NCBI GenBank assembly: GCA_030390025.1
Contig: CM059438.1
Location: 57,600,001 to 57,664,000 of the forward strand
Origin: Squalus acanthias
Taxonomy: Eukaryota
Length of the DNA: 64,000 nt
Direction of reading: 5' to 3'
Shown here: piece after piece, positions 38,521 through 49,281 of the stretch
Numbering within the stretch: the stretch's first letter is position 1
Layout of the letters: each line of letters opens with the position of its first letter
Notes under the pieces: generated by a model
Databases searched by the model: none
What the model was told of the DNA's origin: nothing
What the model saw: the letters and a program-made list of their open reading frames with translations, nothing else
Position numbers and translations under genes: made by a program

Positions 38521-39731
38521 GGCATCAGAGCTCTAGTAAGAGCATATGGTAGTTGGTATGTGAAAGTGACAGGTGGAGTGTATTTTGTTCCCTGAGAAAC
38601 AGGATCTCTTTGAATTGTGGGGGCCATCTACTGTCCTCTAAACTCTGGGGAATTAGCAACATCATATAATTGAATAGTCCTGTCTTCCGACTGCTTTTGA
38701 GTCATTCCAAAGTGGATGAATTCCCCAGCTCGCCTGAAGATGGTATCAGCTCCCTGGCTAATGTTATATAAGTCCCTGGTTACAGTGTAGAAGATGATCA
38801 GGGCTGTAGGCCATCATGCAGAACGTGGCATTACTCATCCTGGGCATCCTTAACGAAGTGAAGTCGCCAAAAAGCAGAGCTTCTCACTCAGTTCCGTATA
38901 AGATCTGTGGGATCAATATAATACTTGTTGTGGGGGATGGGGAGGGGGGAAGTGGCTGGTGGTTGGGCTCATACTTCTTTGATGCTTTCTCAATCTCCTT
39001 TGCTCCTTTTCAATCTCCTCCTCCATCAAGAATACGAAAAGAACCTCCACTGGGAGACACGTGCTGTTCAACAGTATCCCTTACCATGGCTGGGTGTTGA
39101 AAATGTGCACAAGTTTCTAGGGAGTAGGCATGGATAACTGCTCTTGAGTGAGTCTCCTCATTACCGTGCTATGTCTTATTTATCTGCGCATAAGTTACAT
39201 CAATGTCAATTCTGTGTAATGGGGGAAGAATTGATGGGAATTCAGATGCCTAATGCCGTCCATCCTATTTGCATGCGTGCGCTAACAAAGCGGTAGGTGG
39301 AGGAATAGACCATCCACCTTGGGCTGGAAAATTTGGCAAAATGAAAAATGGGTGTAACATCGAGAGCAACATTCATCTGATGGTAAACATTACCAAGTGA
39401 GCATTACTCATAGATGAAACCAGTCTCATAACAGACTAATTCAGTGCCCAATATGATCAAGGTAAGCCTCAGTTGGGAAAAATTGAATCTCCGGTGCCAA
39501 ATATTGGACAGTGTTTCATTACCTCTTTAACCAAGCTTCTGGTTACCCCATCTAATATCTCCTTGATTGACTTGGCATCCATTTTTTGATTATGCCTCTG
39601 TGAAGTGCTATATAAATGCAAGAATTGCAGTGATTTCAGCAGAAGGAATAACAAGACTGTTGTTAAGTAAAGTTTCCCTGGGTTGTAAGTGTGAGCTCCA
39701 CACTTCAGCGAAATGTGTTCACTGTACTTAC

Positions 39732-39767
39732 ACGCTGTACTCATCAGGTAAAGGTGACCTCGACTCT
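39732..39767 (-). CDS. Micro-exon F, 36 nt, phase 2-2 (xESRSPLPDEYSx)
   Basis: cttttattttattttcag|AGAGTCGAGGTCACCTTTACCTGATGAGTACAGCGT|gtaagt; family motif at 39656-39694. Confidence 0.72.
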
Positions 39768-40004
39768 CTGAAAATAAAATAAAAGATTTATCAGATTTAT
39801 TTTCTCTATGTCATTTCTGTATGCTGCAGAGGGCCAGAACAAATCACTGGGAAATATTGAAAAGTTGGCGAGTTCACCACTTTCTTTAGATGGACCTCAG
39901 ACGTCCCTATCTTTAATTCTACTCTCCTGTTATGACTTTGGAAACTTTATAATTTTTGTTGCATCAGTAAACAGAAGTTTGTTTCTTTTGTGTATCCCTT
40001 TTAC

Positions 40005-40645
40005 TTTCCGCTTTGCGGAACACCTCCGTTCAGTCCGTATGGGTGACCCCGAGCTTTCGGTCGCCTGTCACTTTAATTCTCCGCTCCACTCCCACTCTGA
40101 CCTCTCCGTCCTCGGCCTCTTACACTGTTCCAATGAAGCTCAACGTAAGCTTGAGGAACAGCACCTCATCTTTTGATTAGGCACTTTAAAACCTTCTGGA
40201 TTCAACATCGAGTTCAACAATTTCAGACCATAACCTCGGCCCCTATCTTTTTTTCCATTTTTTTTCTCTCTCTCACGTAACAGCTGTCTTTCACTCTGCC
40301 ATTGCCATTTACACTTCATCTAGAGCCATCTTTTGTTTCTTAACTTGTCCCATTACCATCTCCTTTTGCCTTGCACCATCATCCCTTTTGTCATTTAATC
40401 TCTCCTGCTTTCCATCCTATCACAGAACTTCCCTTTTGTTCTTTCCTCCCCTCCCCCCTTTCCCTGCCCCTACACTTGCTTAAAAACCTGTTCCATCTCC
40501 AGCTTTTTCCAGTTCTGACGAAGGGTCATCGACCTGAAACGTTAACTCTGTTTCTCTCTCCACAGATGCTGCCTGACCTGCTGAGTATTTCCAGCATTTT
40601 CTGTTTTTATTTCAGATTTCCAGCATCCGCCGTATTTTGCTTTTG
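40005..40645 (+). mobile_element. Penelope-like element 3' part (GIY-YIG C-terminus and terminal repeat)
   Basis: RFAEHLRSV..VACHFNS..HS.SDLSVLGL..RKLEEQHLIF; close paralog of 23345-23843. Confidence 0.85.
40511..40547 (+). ncRNA. Minimal hammerhead ribozyme-like motif
   Basis: agtt-CTGACGA-a-gggtc(atc)gacct-GAAA-cgtt-aact. Confidence 0.6.
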
Positions 40646-41820
40646 TACATGAAAATCGGTGTTCAATTATACTTTACAGCTAGTCCCCATCAACAACTTT
40701 GTTATTAAGATACAGTAGAGTGACGGGCCCCCTAATTCCTTGGGTCGTGATCCCGGCAGTTATCTGTGCTGACCCTGCCTGAGTTTGCAGAATCAGCCCA
40801 GCAGCACCTCATTTGCATTGGCCAGACAGGCGCAAATGCCACTGCATGCGCATCTCCAGCATCAGCCTGTCCATGCCTGCTGGACACTCTGGTGCCCACC
40901 CCATGGGGGTGTTGCTGAGGCTCCTTCTGTCCCGACCCTAGGGGATCGATCTGCAGTTCTTAAAAATAAAAAAATCAATTATTTAGGGGCTTAAAGCACT
41001 TGCCAGTGTAGGCTCTTCATTATCAATGAACATATGAGATGTGACAAACAAGATGGGAACTTGCTTCAGGAAAATTACACTAAAAATGATTATTACAGAC
41101 AAATGTGCAGAAAAAAGTCTCGAATTAACAAATGCACAAAATGCCCACACTAAGCAGACTCTAGGGTACCCACCAACCAATACAGAGTCATTGATGTCGA
41201 TATTACACGTCGGGCAAATTACCATGAAGTTATTGTGAATGAATTTCCTCGGGAGTCATCATGGGGAGCAAATCTGGGATGAGAGCAGAACATCCATCTA
41301 CCGACTAGTTGCATTTCTGAACTCATCTGGGGCATTTGCATCGATTGAGCAAGTAACGACACAACTGCAGTGTAAAGGTGCCAGCTTGAAGAAATTGAAA
41401 GAAAAAATTGTTTGGCATCTTTGAGAGGCCACTTTCCATACCCCAGGAATTTGCAGCCTTTTAAAATCAAATGCCTGAGGAGGCAGAGTCCAGCGATGGA
41501 AGAAGGGGCGGGAATCTAGCGTAATTAGGTCCTGCCCCAGCTTCTGCCCTGAATACAGTATCATTATGCCGAAAAGGCAGATAAAATTTAGCCCCACTAT
41601 TTCCAGGGGCTGACACTGACGTGCAATAACTTCAATACCAAGAGTGAGAAAGATTGTCCTGTTGTTAGGAACAGTTTCACTGGGGTGGAAGTGTGGACTC
41701 ATGATATCTCAGTTAATGTGGCCATGAACAAATAATAAGCAAGGGGTTCCCACTTTTACGATGGATCTTGTTTCAGAAAGTTACTATAATAATTCAGCAA
41801 TGTGTGTGGATTGTACTTAC

Positions 41821-41847
41821 AAAACATAATTGAGCTCCAGTGACCTC
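41821..41847 (-). CDS. Micro-exon G, 27 nt, phase 2-2 (xRSLELNYVx)
   Basis: ctcttgtattcttag|GAGGTCACTGGAGCTCAATTATGTTTT|gtaagt; most complete copy of the conserved intron flank (41594-41820). Confidence 0.72.
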
Positions 41848-42054
41848 CTAAGAATACAAGAGATATTATTAGAAATTCTCTCTTTACAGCATTTGCACAT
41901 CCTGATGAGGACTCAAATCTTATCAGGGTTGAATTATTCACTCCCCTTATCTGAGTGTCATGAGTATTGACTTTTTATTCAAAACTATATGGGAGCTAAG
42001 CAGTCACTTCTGATTTTGGAGGACTTTCATGATTTTTGTTACATCAGAAACAGA

Positions 42055-42980
42055 GGCCAAAATTTTCCCATCAAAAAACGGGTGGGTTTGGAGCATGGGG
42101 GCAGTTAAATTTAAAAAAATGTGAATCCCAACCTGATCCCACCTCCAACCTGCCCAGTTCCGGGTTTCATACAATTTGTGAAACCTGGCAGTTAAACCGA
42201 GGTGGGGACTGCTGCATCCAGGATGTAAGTGGCTTTATACCTACCTCCTGGATCCAGGGTCCCTAACTAACCCACCCCCCGCGATTGGAGACCAACCAAA
42301 GAGGCCTCTGATCGCATTCCCAGGCCTACCACCCCCGACCCCAGGCCTCCCCCCCCTCAACGATGATGGTGAGGCTGCCCCCAATCCTCCGCCCCCCCAA
42401 TCCCCGGCCAACCCCCCCCACGCGATCCCCAATTTCCCCTCGCGATCCCCGCTTGCCTGCCGATCCCTGACCTCCCGGATCCCCGACCACCCTCCCGAAT
42501 GCCAACCCTCCTCCCGCCAATCCCGGCCCCTCTCCCGATCGCCAAACACCCCCTGCCCCCGCAGATCGACCTCCCGCCAGCAGATCAACCCCCCTCCCCC
42601 TCCCCACCCATCCTGATCGCCAACCCTGCCTCCCTCCCGCCAACCCCCTCCCACCGATCCTGACACTCCTCCTGATCGCCGACCCCCCCATATGATTGCT
42701 GACCCTCCTCCCACCAATCCTGAACCCCTCCCACCGATCCCTGACCTCCCTTCCGCTGATCCCGACCCCCCCCCACCCCCCCCGCGATCCCTCCCCTGGA
42801 CCGACCCCTCGCAACTGAGGCCTACCGACCCACAGCCAGCCAGCCTCTCAAGCTGGCTGGCTGCGGGCGGGAATCTGAGGCCTCGCATTCAAATTAGGCC
42901 CTGCCGGTAAAATCAGCAGGAAACCTGGCTGCCTCGGACACCCGCCCCCCGCCCCCAACTCGACTCCCCGAGCCAGAATC
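42055..42980. mobile_element. Non-autonomous Harbinger-type element with C-rich repetitive core
   Basis: GGCCAAAATTTTCCC start; CCGATC-containing C-rich repeats; ends approximate. Confidence 0.5.
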
Positions 42981-43229
42981 TCATTTCTCTTACTCTGATT
43001 CACTCTCCATGATGACAGCATCTATTTGTCACATTTTAGGATTTTACTACCAAAACGATTTGGGGAAAAAAGAGCTACTTTTAAATGTTGGAAAATGTCA
43101 TCACGCAAGTTGGGGAAAAAAGGCCGCTGAGGTGGTTAAAATACTAGTGCCCAAAGCCTTGATACTGGTTCCCCATAGGCTGTAAATAATAAGCAAATCA
43201 TATTGCCTGTATTGGTAATCGATTAACAT

Positions 43230-44150
43230 CTTACACTCGCCTCGATGTTAACTCCACCCCCCACGACGGGTCGGAGAGTGTTCGATGGGGGGTGGGGTTA
43301 TAGAGTTAAATATGGAGAACATGTCCCCAACATGCCATGCACGTCTTTTTTATGGCGGCGGATATCGAGTTGTCCAAGTATCCTACTGTGGAGAGGCAGG
43401 ACAATTAATTAACATCTTTAAATCAGACTCCCACAGTGCAATTGCAAGCTCGATTTAAAATTGATTGTTGTTTCACAGGTTTCCCAGGGGTTGAGAAACT
43501 CGGCAGTGTAAGGGAGGCAGGAACTGTCGGCTCCACAAGGAAGCCTTTGGCACATCCCCCAGCTCCGATCGCAGCCTCACTGTCCCCAGCCCTCCCGATT
43601 GCTGACCTCGCCCCCGTCCCGATCAGTTGCTGACCTCTCCCCCCAACCCCCGCTTTCACTTACTGACCTCTCCCCACCCCGATCACTTCTTGCCCTCTCC
43701 CTCCTCCCGGTCGCTTGCCAACCTCTCTCCCCCACTCCTGATCACTTGCCGACCTCCCCCTCTCGATTACTTCCCGACCTCTCCCCCCTCCCAATCACTT
43801 GCCGACCTCTCCAACAACCCCCGATCACTTCCTGACCTCTCCCCCCTCACCTCGATCACTTGCTGACCACTCACCCCCACATCCAATCACTTCCTGACAT
43901 TTCCCTCCTGCCGGTTGCTTGCTGACCTCTCTCCCCCCCTCCCCCGATCATTTCCTGACCTCTCCCGCCTTCCAGTCACTTGCTGACTTCTCTCCTCCTC
44001 CCGATTGCTGGGGACCGTCCTCAAGGGTCTCCGGCTGTGGCCTCCTGGCATTCTTTCCCATCTGCTCGCTAGGCTGTCCATTTGGCTGGCTGCCAGAAGG
44101 GAAATGGATCAAAAAATTGGCTGGACCTCTGGTCCCCGGCCCTATGGATT
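43230..44150. mobile_element. Non-autonomous element with degenerate approx. 20-25 bp internal tandem repeat (CCGATCACTTGCTGACCTCTCCCC)
   Basis: Visible imperfect repeats 43590-44005; flanks resemble the 13780-14400 family. Confidence 0.45.
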
Positions 44151-45447
44151 CTTCTAGAATCATAGAATGGTTACAGCACAGAAGGAGGCCATTCAGCCCG
44201 TCGAGCCCGTGCCAGCTCTCTGTAAGAGCACTTCAGCTAGTCCTACTCCCCCGCCCTTCGCCCGTATCAGAGAAACTGAATTTGGTAAACGTGCATTTTT
44301 TATTATTTGTGTCACAGTACAGCACAATGCTCAAAAATCAGCATATAAAGTCATATTTACACGTTTAGTGATACTTTATCAGGTTCAAGGTAACTATAAT
44401 TTTTTGTAACAAATAATGCATACAAGGTTACTAAAACACAAGAATAAAAATTTCAGCAGATAAATTAGAGCCTGAAAAACCTTTTACAAAGAATCTTTAA
44501 GCTGTGAGGAGTGTTAATTAAAAATAGCACAACCAAGTTTGTTCACATTATACACTGTATACACATTAGTAGATCATTCTTCGGCTGTTTTCAGCCTCCC
44601 CGTGACCTTTATTTTGTTTACCTCAAGTAAGGAAACCCACCCATGATGGAAGCGTAGGAAGGAAAGAAGGGAACAGGAAGTAAAGGAGAAAAGGGTAAGG
44701 AAAAGAAGGGGAGACAAAGAAAAAAGAAAGGGATTTGCATTTATGTAACACTTTTTCATTTCTGTTCAAAAACTCTTCACATGAAATGAATTACTTTGAA
44801 TTGAGTGACTGCTATGCATGAAGTGTCAACAACAGTTTCCAAATTTATAAAGCGGGTGAGCATTTAAACATTCTGTACGGACAATACCCATGTGAGGTAC
44901 AAAATCTGAAAAAACTCTATAGATTCCCTCTGCATAAAGATACAAATATCCCCAAAGACTGGCTCTGCCAGAAAGTGTATCTGGATAGAAACAGCCCTCG
45001 AGTATCTTTGTTGAGTTATCAACATCCAGCACAGTTGCTCCCAGTTCCCAAATTCCAACTAATTAAGTCATAGTATTCAATTTGAGTTGATTACCATGAT
45101 TCACCAGAAGGTTTGGATTTGGCATTCCGATTAAATCGGAGGAGAGTCACACATCCTTTATTACTGTATCCTACTTTCTTTGTTACTATCTCAGATAACC
45201 AATAACTTTTCCCTTCCTTTTTCCACCAATTTTCTCCCCTTGTTGCGCAGTGGTTACAAAGCACTGGACACCACCTACTGCCCCGAATCACTGCTCCATT
45301 CCCAAATATCTTTAACTTTGGGAGTGACTCAGACACTTTATTGAGGTCAGAAAAGTGGGTTCCTGATTTCTTTAATGTTCTGGAAGGAATAGTTTGTCTC
45401 AGGAAAGTTACTGTAATAATAGAGCAAACTGTGTGTGTTGTACTCAC

Positions 45448-45477
45448 TGCACTGGACTTGAAGAACTCGGATACACC
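45448..45477 (-). CDS. Micro-exon H, 30 nt, assigned phase 2-2 (xVYPSSSSPVx)
   Basis: ttgtttttgtgtcttcag|GGTGTATCCGAGTTCTTCAAGTCCAGTGCA|gtgagtacaacacacac; flank motif GAAAGTTACTGTAATAAT; phase inferred from sister exons. Confidence 0.7.
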
Positions 45478-46236
45478 CTGAAGACACAAAAACAACAAAT
45501 CATTAGCTGTGATGCTAGGATTTCTCACATCAGTTTTTAATCATTTTACTTCAAGATTTTGATAACAGTTAAAATATAATTTAAACTGTAGAGGCCAATA
45601 AAACAGAAAGAAAAATCCCCACAACAAAACAAGTTCCAAAGAGTGACCCTGGTCATGGTTACAGATAAATAAGCATTAAAACATTCAGGGTTAACATGAA
45701 CTCTCTGCACCAAAAGCACACACACAAAAGGAAAACCCAAGAATCCTACTTTCTAATGAGATTCCCACTTGATCCTAAAAAAACATTTTCTGAGGTCCTT
45801 TTTATTTTTCATCCCTCCACTTGGTTTCCCACTCTTGCATAGTATAAAAGACCACTCACTGCCTGTGTCAACGCATCAGTTCATTTTGATCCAAAGTAGC
45901 AAAAGGAATAGAGAACTATGGTCAGAATCTTTACCTTGGAGTCAGGTTGCGTGCGTGCAGGCTGCATAGCAGGTCATGTAGGTGTATACAGAACCTTAAT
46001 TTTTAATTTATATTAATATGCTTTGCCAGGCTAAAAGGTTTTTTTGAAGTGAAATAAAGTTGGTGATTGAACAGATGGTCTTTCACTGATAAGTGGACAT
46101 GGAATGCGCTTTGATGTGCTTTACTAAAAGGCAGCAAACATGGTTGTGACTGCAGGGGGTAGTCATAGACAACAGAGATAAACAACCCCCTTTAGATTTG
46201 CAGAATTCGTGTCTACAACAAAACAGGCCACAAGGT

Positions 46237-46854
46237 TGTAGCACGACTTTTGGTGGCTAAAGGGGAGGAGTCAAACCTTTGGAGTTCTGAAATACAGGAT
46301 GCAACGTAACACGTGAAATGTGACCAACTGGTTTACTGCCACTTTTGTAAATTTTTATGAGTGAATGAACAATTTTGGGCTTTGATAAAGGGAGCCAATG
46401 GTTAAACACACAGGATGTGTGAGTGTGAAAGTTTGACAGCTCAAACAACCTAGGTCGAACATTAAAAGAACATCTCACAATCTCTGAATGATTGATTTAC
46501 TGAAAAAGGCCAGGAAAACTGTATAAAAACCAGTGACTAAAAATATCAGCACTGCAGTCGAAAGGCGAAGAGCTGCTGCAGTCAGAAGGAGGGGCCTGGC
46601 TGATCATCTCAACTCGAAGGGCTACTGCAGTCGAAAGGCGAAGACCTACTGCAGTTGAAAGGAAGTGGCCTACAATCAATGCTGGACTGATCATCAGCGG
46701 GTGGTTGTATGTATGATTTCTTGTAACATTATTGGTGCACTGCTCGAATAGTGGTTGGGGTTTTGAATCTGTCTTAGGAACAATAAAAGGTTAAAGGCAG
46801 AACCCGTGTGTCTGGTGTAATTTCTCATAAGTCTCAAGTCCAAACTCTATAACC
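46237..46854 (+). mobile_element. Probable solo LTR
   Basis: TGTAG start, TATAAAA at about 46522, AATAAA at about 46782, internal direct repeats CTGCAGTCGAAAGGCGAAGA; terminal CA and TSD not clean. Confidence 0.45.
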
Positions 46855-47143
46855 TGTTGGATGGGGCGAGGGGTAATTCCGCACGTCCTACAGTCGGGAA
46901 CCCAAAGATTTGAACAGCGTGTTCTGCCCTCCACATTTAATTCAATGGCCCCAATTAAAACAGTCATCCGCGTTTACCGGCCCAATTAAATGCAGCGGGT
47001 CTGATGACGTTACCGAAGACTCGTTTTCAGCGCGGAAACTTAAAGCAGCCTTGCACACATCTCATTTGAAGGTTGATGTAGGAGTGCATCAGGTGGTTTC
47101 CAGAGGTCTCAATAACGCAATAAAACTGAGAAAACTGTGGGTT

Positions 47144-48985
47144 ATGGAGACAAGACAGAGGGCAGCACCAAGATTCGCTGATGCCTCCCTGAAAGTTCTG
47201 GTGCAGGCAGTAAGATCACACAGGGAGCTCTACTTCCCTGGCAATCGACAAAAACGACCACTGAAACACACAAAAAGGGCATGGCTGGTGATCGCAGAGG
47301 TCAGTAGCAGGGATGTTGTGAGGAGGACGTGGGTCCAGTGCCGGAAAAGATTCAATGATCTCATGAGGTCAGGAAAGGTGAGTGCAATGCAACATTCACC
47401 TACATTCTGATGTGCCTGTCACCACAACCCCATCACTTTGCCTTCCCAAGCCTACTTCTGCACATTATTCCTTACACCAACCTACCTTGCAGGTCCACCA
47501 AGCTCTCTCTATGTACCTACTCACATCTCCATCTGATTAACCACCACTGACACTCACCCTCATCCTAATGCAATCAGAGCAAGTAACACCACAGAAGGAG
47601 GCCATTTGGCAATGTCACACCACTCCCTCATAGTCACCCTCTACAAATGTCGCCCATCCATTCCTTACACTCATTCCATCACTCTCACTCAACATTATTT
47701 TCTTTCCCTCCTTGTAGAAGAGAGCCCACAACAATAGGGAGGGGCAGAGAACTGGAGGTGGCCCTCCAATCTTCAGTCATTTGACTCCAGCAGAGTAGGA
47801 GGCCCTAGAGATCTCTGGAGTTGCAGAGGTGCTGGCAGTGGGAGACAGAGAGAGGAGGTCCTCCCAGCAACTTGGTGACACAATTAAATCTCATGGCATG
47901 CAACAGTCACTCATATGGTGACTGATGACAGCATCCAGTTAAATGTCATCATGTGCATAATGGTAACGTTACCCATTCTTATTATAACACTTCTAATTCA
48001 GCTCTTTACTCTTCCACAGCTCCATCAAGTGCCCCCGCCTCATGTCCAGCCACAGGGGGAAGACGATTCCTCAGAGGAAGCTCCAGTCTCTGAGGGTGCA
48101 CCGTCAGCAGACCCATGCGCAGCCAGCACAGATACGCACACCTCAGTGGGTCCTGTGCGAGATAGATTAGTTTTGTCACCTGGTATCTCTCACATCACAA
48201 GCGATCAAGAGCAGATGGTATTGACAGGGACAGCAGTGGAGACTCCTCGCCGGAGGGCACAGGGCACTCCAAGCACTGCTGAGCTGCATGCAGATGCTGA
48301 ACCTCGGAGGCCATCGAGAAAGAGGGTGATCTTGGAGGGGCAGCAACAATTGCAGGAGGCTCTGGCAGCTTTTGCAGTCGCAATGTGTACAAATGTACAG
48401 AGAATGGAGGAGTCCATCTCCAACATGAGCAACACCATCTCGCAGGCAATGGCGACGATATGCTGTTCCATGGAAAGGATGGCCACCTGAATGGAGAAGC
48501 AAATGCGTCAGTCCAACGAGAAAATGCTTGCTGTGTCAACAGATGGCAGATGCTCACTGACCTCTTCTTGAGGAGGGACATAAATTTATACTTGGGCCTT
48601 CACCACCCCACTGATATGCAGCAAGGTGCTCTCTAGCTTCTTGCTAGCAGGGAAGTGTGGGTGGCCCATGAGAGGGATAATGTTGAGAGGGGACATGGAA
48701 GTGGGGGCTCTTCTCAAAATGCTCACACTTCTCCCCTGTTGCCTCCCCCTCAGTCAGAGCCCCACATATTGCCTCGGATCCCGATGGCTGAGTCTGCCCC
48801 TGCACAGACACAGGAGGAGCAGACTTTGGCGGGGCCCTCACAGGCTCCAAAACTCAGAGGATGTCCGCCAAAAGTGTCTAAGCAGTCGCAGCAGGGAAGT
48901 GAGCAGCCTGCCTCTACCTCTGTTGAAGCCACAGGGGTTGCACCTCGTAGAAGCATGCGGAAAAGAAAAAAAGACGCAATACTAG
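47144..48985 (+). pseudogene. Three-exon Harbinger Myb/SANT gene
   Basis: METRQRAAPRFADASL..RRTWVQCRKRFNDLMRSGK|gtgagt; in-frame stops in exons 2-3. Confidence 0.85.
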
Positions 48986-49281
48986 ATGCACAAGTTTATG
49001 CACATGGATGTATGAAAAAAATGTTAGTGATAAGTTTCAGTTCTATTTATGAGCCACCTATATTTATTTCTTTGCACTACTTTCCAGTCTTGTCCATTTT
49101 TGCCTGCTACCTGGGAAGTGACCTTGTCACTTGGAGTGAATTGTGAGACATTAGTTAACCGCGAGCTATGACGGTTTGGGTGAGATGAATGACTTGGTCA
49201 TTGTAGGGCTGCTTTGTGGTGTTGTAGGGAGGGGGGAACTTAGTACAGCATGTGGCAGCCATATGGGTGCACTGGAGCAAG

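Noticed and set aside
42241..42888. Gly/Arg-rich 215-aa ORF and similar GC-rich ORFs at 17.4-18.6 kb
   Set aside because: Low-complexity interiors of non-autonomous transposons.
6089..45477. Micro-exons as immunoglobulin/TCR D or J segments
   Set aside because: They have splice acceptors rather than heptamer/nonamer recombination signals, and no FGxG/WGxG motif.
45550..45585. 36-nt phase-2 candidate (xLNYILTVIKILx)
   Set aside because: Weak donor, very AT-rich, only 72 nt from exon H, no family flank.
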